DNA of 62,871 nt, counting the filler, from Stramenopiles sp. TOSAG23-2 (lineage: Eukaryota), in assembly GCA_900128395.1 (NCBI GenBank). It is 23 parts of 23 records of this genome, joined end to end, with 100 filler letters (N's around TTAATTAATTAA, not from the genome) between each part and the next. Parts side by side here need not be neighbours in the genome. Positions count along the whole stretch, not along the records: positions 24,773 to 27,409 come from LT651607.1; positions 27,510 to 30,146 come from LT651608.1; positions 30,247 to 32,880 come from LT651609.1; positions 32,981 to 35,613 come from LT651610.1; positions 35,714 to 38,345 come from LT651611.1; 18 more parts are not named here. The stretch is one strand, 5' to 3'. Made by a program: the position numbers and the translations under genes. The notes beneath the pieces were generated by a model that saw only the letters and a list, made by a program, of their open reading frames with translations, did not search any database and was not told the origin of the DNA. Position 1 is the first letter of the stretch. Every line of letters starts with the position of its first letter. Below are positions 24,773-38,064 of this stretch, piece after piece.

Positions 24773-26286
24773 AATACTTTAGTCAATTCGGCTGGATCGT
24801 TTGCAGCCCATGAATTTTGTGGCGCCAATCGGATACGTGCTCCATTCGCACCGCCACGATAATCAGTACATCTGTATGTACTTGCTGAGCCCCATGCAAC
24901 TTTCACAAGTTCACTTACGGAACAACCAGAGTGTTGCATGATCATGCGTTTCAATTCAGCAGCATCTGCTTCATTGATCAATTGGTGGGATACAAGTGGT
25001 ACTGGATCTTGCCAGATTTGCTCTGGTGCAACTTGGTTCCCAAGACAACGTGCAATTGGTCCCATATCACGATGAGTCAATTTATACCATGCGCGTCCGA
25101 ATGCATCGGCGAATAATTCTGGATTCTCATGGAAACGTTTCGATATGATACCATAGCTTGGATCGTAACGCATTGCTAAATCTGTTGTAAACATTACAGG
25201 TTTATGCCTTGTATTTGGATCATGCGCATCTGGTACCATATTCGCGGTGGATGCATCGGTTGGAACCCATTGGATTGCACCAGCTGGACTAGTCGTTTTT
25301 TCCCATTCATAACCAAATAGATTATCAAAATAACCGTTGTCCCATTTCGTTGGCTCAGCCGTCCATGCACCTTCCAAACCACTAGTAATTGCATGTAAAC
25401 CACTGCCACTTTCATATGAACTGGTCCAGCCAAATCCTTGCTCCTCGATTGGTGCACCTTCTGGCTCTGATCCGACATATTTGTCTGCATCAGCGGCACC
25501 ATGTGCTTTTCCAAATGTATGGCCACCTGCTATCAAAGCAACTGTTTCCTCATCGTTCATCGCCATACGACCAAATGTCTCACGAATATCTTGTGCAGAT
25601 GCAATTACATCTGGATTCCCACCTGGTCCTTGTGGATTTACATAAATTAAACCCATTTGTACCGCGCCAAGTGGTTGGCCTAAGTTATCTCCAAGTCCAC
25701 CACGATTTGCTGCAAGCCATTCGCTTTCTGGCCCCCAATAAATATCTTCTTCCGGTTCCCAAATATCAACACGACCACCAGCAAATCCAAATGGTTTTAA
25801 TCCCATATCTTCAATAGCACAGTTACCAGCATAGATAATCAAATCACCCCATGATAATTTTCTGCCATATTTTTTTTTAACTGGCCATAACAAACGCTTT
25901 GCTTTGTCCAAATTGCCATTATCCGGCCAGCTGTTCAATGGTGCATAACGAATGTTACCGGTACCACCACCACCACGGCCATCAAAGGTTCTGTATGTTC
26001 CAGCACTATGCCATGCTAGACGAATAAAGAAAGGACCATAGTGACCATAATCAGCTGGCCACCATTTTTGTGATGTCTTCATAACCTTCACAATATCTGC
26101 TTTTACTTCGTCAAGATTCAACGTAGCAAATTCTTCTGCATAACCTTTCAATGCTGCAGTTGGATCACCACGTGCTAATGGGTTTAAATTTAAATTATTT
26201 GGCCACCATGTACGGTTATTGACTTGGTTATATGTTTGTTGCTCTTGGAAAGGGCATGTTGCGCCAGTATTAGTAGATGCACTCAT
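24773..26286 (-). CDS. katG: Catalase-peroxidase (3' truncated)
   Basis: [58 protein letters not shown]. Confidence 0.97.
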
Positions 26287-26912
26287 TATTACAATTAATA
26301 AATTTTCCTTCTATCGTTATATATATAATATATATGTATGTATACAACGTAATATTATGTTTTAAAAAAAAGAAAAGGTAAATATATCTTCGCTGAAAGT
26401 TGTAAACTATTTTAATTTGTTGTTATTAATTCATCAAGTCTAAGTAACATCTACATCTATAGAAAATGGTTTCCCATTTCAATATTTATTTTATTATATC
26501 TTTTCATCATAAAAGATTATAAAATAGATTATTCAGTCCAACTAAGAAGAAGGTGCTAAGAAGAAGAAGAAGAAAAAATGATGATGAAAATTATTTCAAT
26601 TATAAGTTAAAGTCCTGTGTTGTTCGCGTGCTGGCCCACCCAGCCAGCTGGCCCGCTGGCCCAAGGCTGGCAAGATTTATCATTATAATTATATATATAA
26701 TATATGTTCCTCTACCTATCTTTCATGGTATGCATATATATACTATGTATATTTATATTGAGAATGCATGCATGCACGTATATGCACAGTTTAAGTTGTT
26801 ATTGTGTGTGTGTAAAAATATGATATTTATTAGTCTATTTTATAAAATTTTACTTGAAAAAAATGTTACATATACGCGCGTATATTCTCTCTCTCTCACA
26901 CAAAATTAACTT

Positions 26913-27409
26913 TTAAAGACGAAACCAACCTTCAGCTTTGCATCCACCTTTTAATAAATTATATTTACATCCTTCAATTTTTACACATTTTTTTGGGAAA
27001 TCATCATATTTACCACAATTTGGTTTTCTTCCATCTTTCTTTTTAGCTGTTGGTTGTTTTTTTAAAACTTTTTTAACTTTTTTCTTTTGAGGAGATGAGG
27101 TGGAGGAGGACGAACTGCTAGCTTTGATAATTTCTGCACCAGCTTTTTCAATGATTTTCTCTTCCAATGGGCATGCACCAGATTTTGAACCAATTTTTTC
27201 TAATTCAGCCAATGCATCTGCAAATGAATCAACATCATTGGATTTAAAGATAGAATTTCTAACATTGTCAAACCATTCAGAAGATGGGCTATTACTCTCA
27301 TCTACTAAAAAGCAACCTTCACCATCTTTTGCTAATACGTTAAAGTTACAGTTTGGATTTGCAATACATGCTGTACCATCATCGCCATGCTTTGCACATT
27401 CTTCTGGAT
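26913..27409 (-). CDS. C-terminal fragment of a Lys/Cys-rich hypothetical protein
   Basis: Frame open from the contig end; two similar Cys motifs (CAKH..ACIANPNCNFN and CGKY..KCVKIEGCKYN). Confidence 0.55.
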
Positions 27410-27550
27410 NNNNNNNNNNNNNNNNNNNNNNNNNNNNNNNNNNNNNNNNNNNNTTAATTAATTAANNNNNNNNNNNNNNNNNNNNNNNNNNNNNNNNNNN
27501 NNNNNNNNNGAATTAATTAAATATTATATTTGTACAAAAATACAAAAAAT

Positions 27551-30046
27551 ATGTCAGAAAATAAGATCCAAGAGATTATTGATGGTGATGTAAATATGGA
27601 TAGTGGAGTAGCAGAAATTAGACAAGAAGAAAATTCATTGAAAAAACCAGAAATAACAAGGCAGAAAACTGGTGATGGTGAAGCAAAGGAAGGTTTAGCT
27701 TCAGACTGGGAGTTTATTGGGGTAGAAGATACCGGCATAGTACAAGACAGCTTTCATTTGGTCCTAAATTCGATGAATTTTCTACAAGTGCTTACAGAAA
27801 CACAAAAGAAATATTTATCTAATGCGTATAAAGAACATGTATTAGGTGCATCCATAATGCCTGAAGATATTGACTGGAGTGACAACATAGCACGTTTTGA
27901 TTTCTATGTGACGAAAGAGGATACGGATAGCAAGGCATATGAGACAGACAGCCATGCTATTGAACGTTTAAGGGAACGATTGGGCAATATTGAGGCTTGC
28001 AATGGTCCAAAATTCCAACCGTTGTATTGTACACCTGATGGAAATTGTTTACCATACGCCATTTCGCGATCTCTTGTTGGCAGTGAAATTTTATATTCAG
28101 CCATACGGCAACAAATAGTTTTAGAAATGTCAAATAACTCAGAGTATTACTCACAATTTTGTTTTGGATCTATAGACCTCTTGAAAGAATTGATAGCAGC
28201 TGCACAGAAGAATGAAGAATATATGGAAGAAATTCATACGCAAGCACTTTCTAATATATTAAAGCGTCCAATTGCATGGTTTGATGAGGCATCAAACAAA
28301 TTGAAAAACAAGCTTTTTCTCCCAACAAGATTTAAACGAAGTGATTGTTTATTTCAAGATACGAAGCAAATGCCAAGTATAATTGCAATTGGCTGGGGTG
28401 CACCAAATCATTTTATAAGTCTAGTTGTTGAAAAAAATGAAAAGGACATACCAATTAAAAGTTATTCGTTAAATGACAGCATAAAAATTTATGATAAATT
28501 GTCACAATTATTACAAATCATCATTGAATTGCGTAACTTGGAGACGAATTTATCGGAACTTGGAATAACAAAAGAGGCAATAGTTCATTCGTTGACACTA
28601 TTTGATTCAACAATAAAGAAATTTCATGCTGAGTTACATAATTATATCGAAACTAATGTTAATACTATTAGAAAAGGTGCTCGTTTCAAACGACCAGCAG
28701 TAGATGATTTATTTTATGAATTTCAACTGTCTTATGAGAATGATGAAACTAATAATGATACAAATGTGAATGTATATGCTTTTATCAATTTGTTTTCAAT
28801 GTTCACAGCCGTAGTTGAAGATATTCCTAATATAATATCCATTGAGGTGGTTGAACTTTACGCTTTACTACATAATGTATTGGTTGCAGAAATAGAAAAT
28901 GAGAATGATGATGATGATGATGATAATAATAATAATAATAACAATAATACAAACAGCAATAGCAACAGTGGCAATAGCAATAACGACAATAATAACAAGA
29001 ATAATTCTAAAACTTTGTCTATTATTAGCGGCTGCATCGAATCCCAATTTGAAGAAGACATTTTTAAACAAATATATCAAAAAAGGGAAGATTCATTAAC
29101 ATGGGATCAAGCACGTGAGGAATATGGTGGCGAATACAATGATAATGGTACAATGAAAAAAGGGTGGTTTTTTGGCACTGGAAAGGATGGGTGGGGTAGT
29201 TGGCTTGATGAGAAAAAACAAATGCTAACAAAGAACTTTCATGATGCAACATTCGATGGCTTAGATGAGCATGCAGAATCAGATGTCAATGAGCATTTTG
29301 AATCAATGGTGGATGGTGATTTACGAATCAAGTATAATTGTAATGTCTGTAGGCACGAAGAAATAATAAGAGCAGGCAATCCTTTACGTGTCTCTTTGAA
29401 ATTGTCTCATATTCCGTGCACCAAACCGAACTGCTTAGGTAGCATGCTTCCATGGGAAGGCCATGAAAATAGAAGTACTTTGCAAACAAATTTTTTAGCG
29501 AAACTGATGGGAACCTTTTCGGATTGGAAATGTCGTAAATGCTCTTATATGAATACAAAATTACATACAACTTGTGCCATTTGTCATAGATATAGAGTTC
29601 AACCATTTGAAGAAAAAATCTTGAAGCCGATTGTATTGTCAATGGCGGAAAATAATGATGATGAAAGTAAAAAAGATGGAGATACCTCGACACTATTATC
29701 TACCGCTACAATAAATGAAGGAAAAATGACCGATAGTGATGATGTTAAAGAAACACCAGTAATTACCACAAGTGCCCTTATTAAGAAGCCGGGATTACGA
29801 AGACAGGCAACAGATACCACATCAACAATTCTTCACAAATCACCGAAGAGATTCAAGCGAGCGCACAGCTTACCTGAAACTGAAAGTGAAAAAGAACAAT
29901 TACCAGAAAAATTTAGAAACAATAAAATGTTAGAGAATTTTGATTTAAAACTAATCAAAGCGGTATTTTTTGCACAAGGAGGTGCAAATATTGGTGACTT
30001 CATCAGTAAAATGCCAAGTGCAAAAAGACGAAAGCGTAGTACTTAA
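27551..30046 (+). CDS. OTU-family deubiquitinase (VCPIP1/A20-like catalytic motif) with a RanBP2-type zinc finger
   Basis: PLYCTPDGNCLPYAISRSLVG, ALSNILKRPI, WGAPNHFISLV; WKCRKCSYMNTKLHTTCAIC. Confidence 0.82.
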   Translation: MSENKIQEIIDGDVNMDSGVAEIRQEENSLKKPEITRQKTGDGEAKEGLASDWEFIGVEDTGIVQDSFHLVLNSMNFLQVLTETQKKYLSNAYKEHVLGASIMPEDIDWSDNIARFDFYVTKEDTDSKAYETDSHAIERLRERLGNIEACNGPKFQPLYCTPDGNCLPYAISRSLVGSEILYSAIRQQIVLEMSNNSEYYSQFCFGSIDLLKELIAAAQKNEEYMEEIHTQALSNILKRPIAWFDEASNKLKNKLFLPTRFKRSDCLFQDTKQMPSIIAIGWGAPNHFISLVVEKNEKDIPIKSYSLNDSIKIYDKLSQLLQIIIELRNLETNLSELGITKEAIVHSLTLFDSTIKKFHAELHNYIETNVNTIRKGARFKRPAVDDLFYEFQLSYENDETNNDTNVNVYAFINLFSMFTAVVEDIPNIISIEVVELYALLHNVLVAEIENENDDDDDDNNNNNNNNTNSNSNSGNSNNDNNNKNNSKTLSIISGCIESQFEEDIFKQIYQKREDSLTWDQAREEYGGEYNDNGTMKKGWFFGTGKDGWGSWLDEKKQMLTKNFHDATFDGLDEHAESDVNEHFESMVDGDLRIKYNCNVCRHEEIIRAGNPLRVSLKLSHIPCTKPNCLGSMLPWEGHENRSTLQTNFLAKLMGTFSDWKCRKCSYMNTKLHTTCAICHRYRVQPFEEKILKPIVLSMAENNDDESKKDGDTSTLLSTATINEGKMTDSDDVKETPVITTSALIKKPGLRRQATDTTSTILHKSPKRFKRAHSLPETESEKEQLPEKFRNNKMLENFDLKLIKAVFFAQGGANIGDFISKMPSAKRRKRST

Positions 30047-30785
30047 TATTTATATATATATTAATATTATTTTGAACAATACACAGTTTTCAATTGATTC
30101 ATATGATGCGTTAATTGCATCTATTTACCCTCCACCAATATTTTTGNNNNNNNNNNNNNNNNNNNNNNNNNNNNNNNNNNNNNNNNNNNNTTAATTAATT
30201 AANNNNNNNNNNNNNNNNNNNNNNNNNNNNNNNNNNNNNNNNNNNNAATGGGATTTTGCATCTTTTGTGAAACCAAAAGCAGGAGCTGACAGTGATGGCT
30301 CTTGGTAATATTTTAGTACAAAAAAGAATTTGTTGTGCATGTGCAAGTATGACAATGAAACGGGGTAAAGAAAAAAAATAGAAAAAATGTATTGCGCTTT
30401 TAATATATAAATATGACATTGTATATGATATGTGGTATCATTTGATATTCGTACTGTCTATGTACGTTTTAGATACAAATATAGTCGTCTATATGTAAAA
30501 ATTATTAAAATATTTGCGGAGATTAAGATATTTCGGGAGGATTTAATATTTAAAAAAAAAAACAAAAACAGCAGATTATTGCGCGTGCTAATTTGTTTTT
30601 CTTTTACGCGAAGCGTACTTATTTTTCTGAGAGAGTTCCAAGGGATAACACTAAATATACGGAAATTATCGACACATCTTGTGAGATAGATATTGATATT
30701 GGCTCAGTCACTGTATTCTTATGAGAGTAGGAATTGTCATGAGTAGGAATAAAAAATACGCGTACATTTACTTTTATATCTTATA

Positions 30786-31014
30786 TGACCCCGTTTTTCT
30801 GAGAGGAGGACTTCCAAGGGGTAAATAAAATTATATTGTACTAATAAGTATAAATTACACATATTACTATCAAACTCCGTGCATTATAATTCCTAGATCT
30901 TGCAAAAATCATGAATTTTTGGAAACTTCTTTGTAACACATTTTTATTTTTAATCCGATATAATATTGTTTTTTTATCTATTTTGAAAAGTCCTCTCTCA
31001 GATAGACGGGGTCA
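30786..31014. mobile_element. MITE-like element, 229 bp, with about 27-bp imperfect terminal inverted repeats
   Basis: TGACCCCGTTTTTCTGAGAGGAGGACTT ... AAGTCCTCTCTCAGATAGACGGGGTCA, AT-rich interior; a partial third copy at about 30622-30648. Confidence 0.6.
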
Positions 31015-31386
31015 AATATTATATATATATATATATTATCCAAAATGAGAGCAGCAATTGTTGTTTACATTGACGGAATTGCAGCATCTACAAACATAGT
31101 ACAAACTGCTTTCATTGCAGTAATTGTCTATGCTTTGCGTGTATTTGTTACAACAAAAGTTAGCTAGGATCTTTTTCATGAATATAATCATTATTATTTA
31201 TTATATCATATTAATATTATTATTGAAAAAAAGCTGGAGGAGTCTAATAAGTCCCAGAGTCCTCGCAACCATCCGGCCAACCTGGCTCCCTTAAGTTCTT
31301 AAGTTTTGATTTGTGATTGAAATAGGAAGAGAAAATATGCATAATATGTACTGTACAGTACATGTAGTTTTTTCAAAGGATCAATT

Positions 31387-31991
31387 TTAGTATTTTTTGG
31401 TGAATTCCTTAAATTTTAGGTGCGTTGTCAAAATATTTAAAGTTTTAGTGGCTCTTGTGATCTCTATTTTTTGCTCGTTCAATCTATGGTATAATCCTGC
31501 TGCATCATTACCACCATAGCGTTTATTGTTATTTTTAGCCACGGCATAATTTCTTGTTCCAATCGGTAGACTGCTTCCTCCGTCTCCTCTATTAGATGAA
31601 AATCGTTTTTCTAACTCATGCATCTTTTCCTTCATCACTTGCTGCCATAATTGATTCGCTTGTTTGTTTTGATCACCCAGCCTTGACATGCATGATCCAC
31701 TTTTTTGAGATGGGGTCTACGTCACATAAACACGATAATGCTTCACATAATAATTTCGCATTTTTGTTGAATAGGAGGAATTTCTGTCATTGATGGCATT
31801 CCCGTCATTCCTATTGGTTTGATAACATTTAATTTACTATATGATTTCTCACCTCTTATACCATCATCCTTCAAATCATTAACACGTTTTGTATCTTCTA
31901 ATTGTTCCTTTGTATTTGTTGCATCTTGTCCATCAATTATACATATTAATAATGTAAATAATAGGACAATATATACAAAAAATAATTTCAT
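31387..31991 (-). pseudogene. Secreted protein gene split by two apparent frameshifts
   Basis: Signal peptide MKLFFVYIVLLFTLLICIIDG. Three successive frames read EIPPI / NAKLLCEALSCLCDVD / PSQKSGSCMSRLGDQ. Confidence 0.45.
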
Positions 31992-32027
31992 ATTACGTTG
32001 TCCCATGACACAGAAAGAAACAATATA

Positions 32028-32034
<7 letters not shown>

Positions 32035-32063
<29 letters not shown>

Positions 32064-32073
32064 GCAACGACAC

Positions 32074-32106
<33 letters not shown>
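32035..32106. repeat. (TATG)n and (TG)n microsatellites
   Basis: Direct reading of the sequence. Confidence 0.9.
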
Positions 32107-32110
<4 letters not shown>

Positions 32111-32980
32111 ATATATATGAATACAAATGTGTCTACTATATACATTAACTTGTTTCCATGTATTTTTACGTTTATTATTGTATTTTTGTATCAAAAGAAA
32201 CATCTCCTCCCTTTTTTTTTTTTTATTTTTTATAAAGTATTTTCATCTACCTTCTTTGTTTTGCTTAGCGGATGGTTGGTATTCTCAGAAGTATATATTT
32301 TACAAATAAATGTATCTGGAATTTCAGAAAATATCCGATAGAATTGGTAGTGATTTATATTATATTATGATACTAATTATAACACATTTTTTATTACCCT
32401 TTTTTCAAAACGATTTAAATATTTAAAAAAGGAAAGAGATAAAAAGATGCCAGATCGACAGAACTAGAACGACAGATCGACAGAAACCAGAAAAGAGGGG
32501 TTCTATTAAGTATAGTTTTTATATACTAATTTATATATATAGTGAGATATTAAAAAATTTGCCATATTGCACGCAATTGGCGAGAGGTGCATACCAATAT
32601 GGCATACTGGCAGAGGACCTCTCTAAAAAAATATTATACAGAATTGCACAATATCCTTAAAAAGCATTTATAATGCCACCACCATGGAAGTAAGTCGAAA
32701 ATGAAATATGCATGTATACTAGCACATATTTAATTCCATTACATATATATATATATGGTGATGATCTCTCTCACAAACTATTTCTAGGTGTATTTGATGT
32801 ATATGTAGCAGGTGCCATAATATCTTTTCCCTCTAAATTTCTATTTTAATCAAATTTTGGTTTATTTTTCATATAATCCCNNNNNNNNNNNNNNNNNNNN
32901 NNNNNNNNNNNNNNNNNNNNNNNNTTAATTAATTAANNNNNNNNNNNNNNNNNNNNNNNNNNNNNNNNNNNNNNNNNNNN

Positions 32981-34935
32981 CTGGTTGTCGCGACGGGGAC
33001 CCGGTTTGTTATCGCGACACTGCAGTATCATTGCATGACTGGACACGGAAACGTGAAATAGGAAATTTTAAGAAGTCTTCAAGTAAGCTAGAAGGTGGAT
33101 ACTTATATGCTGGACCGCAAGCAAAGAAATTACTTTTTGAAATTCGTGAATCAGGTCGAACAGCAAGCGATAGTAATGACAGCAGTGCATTTTTTAATTC
33201 ACAGAGTATTGGTGGTGTGATGGCATCATCAAGCATAGATGAAGAAACAACTACATTTGCTTTTCACATTATGCGAGAAGGAGAGAGACATCGAAGGCCC
33301 CTGGGTTGGAATGTGAAATTAAATACTTGGGTAAATATAGGCTTCATAGGGAGCCTAGATGTGATCGAAGTTACAAGTAAATTTTTGGACAACTTGCACT
33401 TTCAAGGTACACCACCACAACTTCCTGCTACAGCAAAAATTGGCTATACTATTTCCCAGCAGTTAAATAGCAAAACGTCCACAGTCTTAATTTGGAGGTT
33501 GGAACCAAAACATAAGAAAGGTAGAAATAGATTTATGACTCTAGAATTTTTAATTGAGTCTGTATGGTATATATTACCAATATTTGCAGCGTATGTTGCG
33601 ATGCAATATGGATTGCTAGAATACTTTGCATTAGATACAAGTGGCACCATCGATGGTCTCATTTACGTTGTTTTGTACATTGCTGCTGTTGCCACAGGAT
33701 GTTACATAACTGCGAATATATTAAGGTATAGCATACTTGGAGGTAAAAAGAGCAATGACATCAATCACGAAGACGATCAAAAATGGAGTGTGTTGATAGA
33801 GCAAAATTTACAACAAAGGAATAGAAGGCCATCAGAATGGATGCCAAACAGCCCATCTACGCCAATGACCAGCAATAAGGGAGAAAGTGGTTTATCACGA
33901 ATGCCTGAGCTTAATATTAGTGACGAGTTTAAAGATGGCGTGGAAGAAGGATCGTTTAAAAAAGTCATGTTTGGCAAATCAATGACTTTCGATGATAAGA
34001 TTGCTATGGCAACAACCACTTCAGATGTGCCGGAAAGAGTTTGGGGTACAATACCATCAACGAATTTTGAGCTACGAGTAGGACCAAATTATGCATGGAA
34101 CAAAAAGAAAGAACAAGCTCCACCAGCATTTTATGACCCAGTTGGCATGGATTTTTTTCTATCGCCTAAAAAATTAAGGACTATGGTAGATTCATATGAA
34201 TTTGATCTTAAGATTCAAAAGCAATTTTTAATCGGTCATGAAAAAATAGTTGCGTTAGGCTTACAAGATGAAATTCCTGCAGTAATTTGTTTAGTCAGTG
34301 GATTTCCAAATATACCACCCGCAAATCCTTTGTGGGGACAAAAGGTGACCGATGGTGAAACACACACATTCTGCCACATGCATGTTGTAAGCGATGTGTT
34401 GATTAATATTATAAAAGAAGGTAATGGTAACACCGGTCCATTAGGGCTGTGGCGAAAATATCTGGCAGTTCTCGAAAAGGGTGATATGGAAGATCCATTT
34501 TTGGATCGATTGAAACAAATGCAATCTATGATCAACCCAATGGATGTTGGCCTTAGCCAATTTGCTCTAAGTCTACACCGAAAGTATAACGGCAAACCAT
34601 TGTTGACAAGACCTCAACATTATTTCCACCGGAAAGAAATCATATTAGATAAATTGAACAATACCAAAGTTTATTGCATGGAAATTGCAATTGACGTGTG
34701 GGGATGGAATTATTTAGTGCGACAAGCAGTTTTTGATCATATCGATCGATCACACTTATTGATCGTCGATTGGTGGTTGTGCATTGAATCTCAAGCAGAT
34801 GAAGAAATGCCCGAAACACCGCTCTTTTGCTTACGTGTAGCGAATACACGATGTATTAATCCTAGCACTATGTGGGAAGGTCAATACATACCTGCTGAAA
34901 TTGTTGATGAACAATATTCAGGTAAAAAAAGATGA
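32981..34935 (+). CDS. EDR2 C-terminal (DUF1336) domain protein with two TM helices (probably 5' truncated)
   Basis: FELRVGPNYAWNKKK, DRLK, YNGKPLLTRPQH, MEIAIDV, IESQADEEMPE. Confidence 0.82.
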
Positions 34936-34944
34936 TCATAATGA

Positions 34945-34997
34945 TGGTTAAAATCTATAAAGTTATAAATAATTTTATGATACTTCCCGTGGTAAAC
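34945..34997 (-). mobile_element. Dispersed element family X, solo end
   Basis: TGGTTAAAATCTA..AGTT...TACTTCCCGTGGTAAAC, about 10 nt after the upstream stop codon. Confidence 0.7.
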
Positions 34998-35974
34998 ACT
35001 ATATCATACGAATATAGATGATAATAATACTCCATATCATATGATATAATTCACGAATTGAAAAGAATGGATTGTTTTTATACTTTTCGTATTACATATG
35101 TGCGTGTTAAAGCTGTATAATTATACTTTGCTGTAATGTGCTAAATGCTTTGTGTTGTAAAAAATTAATAATCTAGATGTATGATACCGTATATATAAGA
35201 GTGTTCTTTCTGGAACAACTATCCATACATAGAATACAAGTACGAAGTATGTACGATTCGTACCAGGTACGCACCACGTACGAGGAAATGACAAGAGAGA
35301 TTAAGATTGCCAGATTGCATCGCATCACACATACTCGGTCCCTTCACACTAATGGTGTCTCCTCTATACTGTCTGCTACACTCCTTTTAAAATGGAGCAA
35401 GGAGCGTAGCGACGTATAGAACATCACACACATTCACCGAGACACACAGAACAATTTGACATTTCACACATCTGGCGACTGTTATTATAACATTAATAGT
35501 ACATATTTTTGTATACTTTACTACTAAGGCCAGCCTGGGCCAGCCCGATATTAATAATAATAATAGGACCTCCTGGCTGGCCCAGCCAGCCTGGCTGGTG
35601 GTAATAATAATATNNNNNNNNNNNNNNNNNNNNNNNNNNNNNNNNNNNNNNNNNNNNTTAATTAATTAANNNNNNNNNNNNNNNNNNNNNNNNNNNNNNN
35701 NNNNNNNNNNNNNCCTTTTTCTTTTCGTATTTGTTGCCTTACCATCAACCCACCAGAGCTCCATGGACAGCAAATCATTGACAGCTCCATTTGCTCCAAG
35801 CTACGTCCTTCATCCGTATACGTGTTCACACAAGCAGCATTGCAATGAAAATCTATAAGTGCAAAACAGAAGGAAAAACAGCAGGAAGACGATGAAGATG
35901 ATGAAGAAGAAGAGAGTCACCAGCTATTTGGTGGCTTCAAACGTGATTTAATAAATTCATTAAACCCTGGGATT

Positions 35975-36610
35975 ATGAAAGCAGTTGAAAATATCGAATT
36001 AGCAATTTCTGACGACAAGACGTTGCTGCAAAATATTAAGTGTAAGAAGGTAGTTGAGCAGAAGTCTTGGTTGAAAATTATAGCCGATGTGTATGAAAAT
36101 GAAAATATTAAAGCCGAGTGGGAGATGAAGCTGGAGGAGAGGAATTTAAAGAAGTTCAATGAAATTGCAGAGAAGAAGGTGGGATTAAAGGAGGAAGATG
36201 CACTTGCAATATACAATAAAATTAATGCAGTTTATGATGGAGAAATCCAGCAGGTTGAATTTGCATATTTTGCTACGTTGCAATTTATGCAGGATATTTT
36301 TAGTGAGTTTAATAGTGCAGAAAAAGTTTTTGTCGATCCTGTTACACATTCAGATGGTTCACCACGGAGGTTTATACGTGCTGTAGGAAGTGGGCTTGGG
36401 TTGCCATTTAAAAAGCAATTGCTCCCAGTAGCAGTGAATAATAGTAAGAAATGTGCAACCGATTTCGTGTTAGCATTATGCAATGTTATGGCAAAGGAAA
36501 AAATTTATTTGTCGCATACAAGTAGGGAAATTTTTGATGTTCTATGTAGGGTTTCTGGGTTTCTCGATTTGATGTTTAAAAAAAAAATTTTGGAAATTTT
36601 AAAAATTTAA
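35975..36610 (+). CDS. Hypothetical protein
   Basis: 211-codon ORF; no motif recognised. Confidence 0.5.
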   Translation: MKAVENIELAISDDKTLLQNIKCKKVVEQKSWLKIIADVYENENIKAEWEMKLEERNLKKFNEIAEKKVGLKEEDALAIYNKINAVYDGEIQQVEFAYFATLQFMQDIFSEFNSAEKVFVDPVTHSDGSPRRFIRAVGSGLGLPFKKQLLPVAVNNSKKCATDFVLALCNVMAKEKIYLSHTSREIFDVLCRVSGFLDLMFKKKILEILKI

Positions 36611-37248
36611 GTTAAGTTCTAGATTAGTACAATATTTGTATATAGAGAAATGTTATGAATTATGCCTATCATTTTAGGGCGGTGTTGTTTTTTTTAATGA
36701 TGTGTATTTATGTTATATAGCCTGGTTATAGTCGTCTAATGCACGCACTAATGTGGTCCCAGTGTAAGTGGTGGTGTAGTCTAGTCTACATGTAGGTGTG
36801 CAACAATAATAAATTTTAATTTTTTGTGTATACCAGGTATAGACTTATAGACTAATAATAAAAATATCTTTCATCATATCCATATATCCTAAATCCTAAA
36901 GTAAAAGTAAAATCACATCAACTAACTAAATAGTAACAATCCGTATGTTTTTAGGAACAATATCATCATAACTTAGAGAGTGATATTAATTCAGAAAAAA
37001 GTATCATCATAGTTGGTCACTGTGTGTATATATATGTATATATTATATATTATTATTATTAATATATCACCTCCATGTTCTTAAATCAAATTAAAAAAAT
37101 TTCATGTCCAAAAAATAAAGTCATTCAAAAAATATATTTCTCTACATTCAACAATAGCACCAACAAGTATGGATGGAATGAAAACACAAATCCAACGCCA
37201 AATGTACCATAGATAAATCAAACTACCATTAATTGGGAGAAATCAGAA

Positions 37249-38064
37249 ATGAAAAATGTAAATACTTGGCTAAAAGATACAAATCAAGATATAAATACAA
37301 TGAAAAATTATTTTCAAAAACATGGATATATTAAAATAAAAAAAGTTATAGATACTAAAACAGCGTTAAATAAATATTTACGAATGCATGATGATTTGCA
37401 AAATGGGGAAATAGATACACCAGGAAGACATGATTTAGGATCACATGAAACACAAAAACAAAAAGGAAAGGAAAATGTTGGACAAATTACGTGGCCATCT
37501 GATTTAATCGAAAATTCAAGAGATGGACCATTACATGAGCGTGGATTTCATATCTCTTCCGCTTTATTAGGAAAAGATTTTTCATTTGATTTTGATATGT
37601 TAATATATAAAGATGCAAATACAGAAACGGAAACCCCTTGGCATCAAGATGAAGCGTATTGGCCAGAGGGAATGAGTGATAAACGTGCAATAACAATGTG
37701 GACTGCATTAGATGAAGCAACTGTTAATAATGGAGCGATGTGGTTTATAGCTGGATCACATGAACATGAATTATATCCCCATCAAAGTGCTGCGGAAGGT
37801 GCGCATATTTTAATGACAAAAAGTGTATCAGAATCTACAAAAAATGCTACATGTATTGAACTTGAACCTGGCGATGCAGTAATATGGCATGGTAGAACTT
37901 GTCATTATAGTCGTGGCAATTCTACCAATCAACCTCGACGTACATATATAACAAATTTTCGACCAGAAAGTATGGTTAAATGGGAACGTGAAAATGGATT
38001 TGATCATTTACGTAAAGGTTTTGATGATTATGAAAGTCAAATGGAAGTAGCAAAAAAAAATTAA
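37249..38064 (+). CDS. Phytanoyl-CoA dioxygenase (PhyH) family Fe/2OG oxygenase
   Basis: TPWHQDEAYW, WTALDEATVNNGAMWFIAGSH, LEPGDAVIWHGRTCHYSRGN, RR. Confidence 0.92.
   Translation: MKNVNTWLKDTNQDINTMKNYFQKHGYIKIKKVIDTKTALNKYLRMHDDLQNGEIDTPGRHDLGSHETQKQKGKENVGQITWPSDLIENSRDGPLHERGFHISSALLGKDFSFDFDMLIYKDANTETETPWHQDEAYWPEGMSDKRAITMWTALDEATVNNGAMWFIAGSHEHELYPHQSAAEGAHILMTKSVSESTKNATCIELEPGDAVIWHGRTCHYSRGNSTNQPRRTYITNFRPESMVKWERENGFDHLRKGFDDYESQMEVAKKN

Noticed and set aside
24773..26286. katG as bacterial contamination or new horizontal transfer
   Set aside because: Flanks are AT-rich like the rest of the window, and catalase-peroxidases are already known in protists and fungi.
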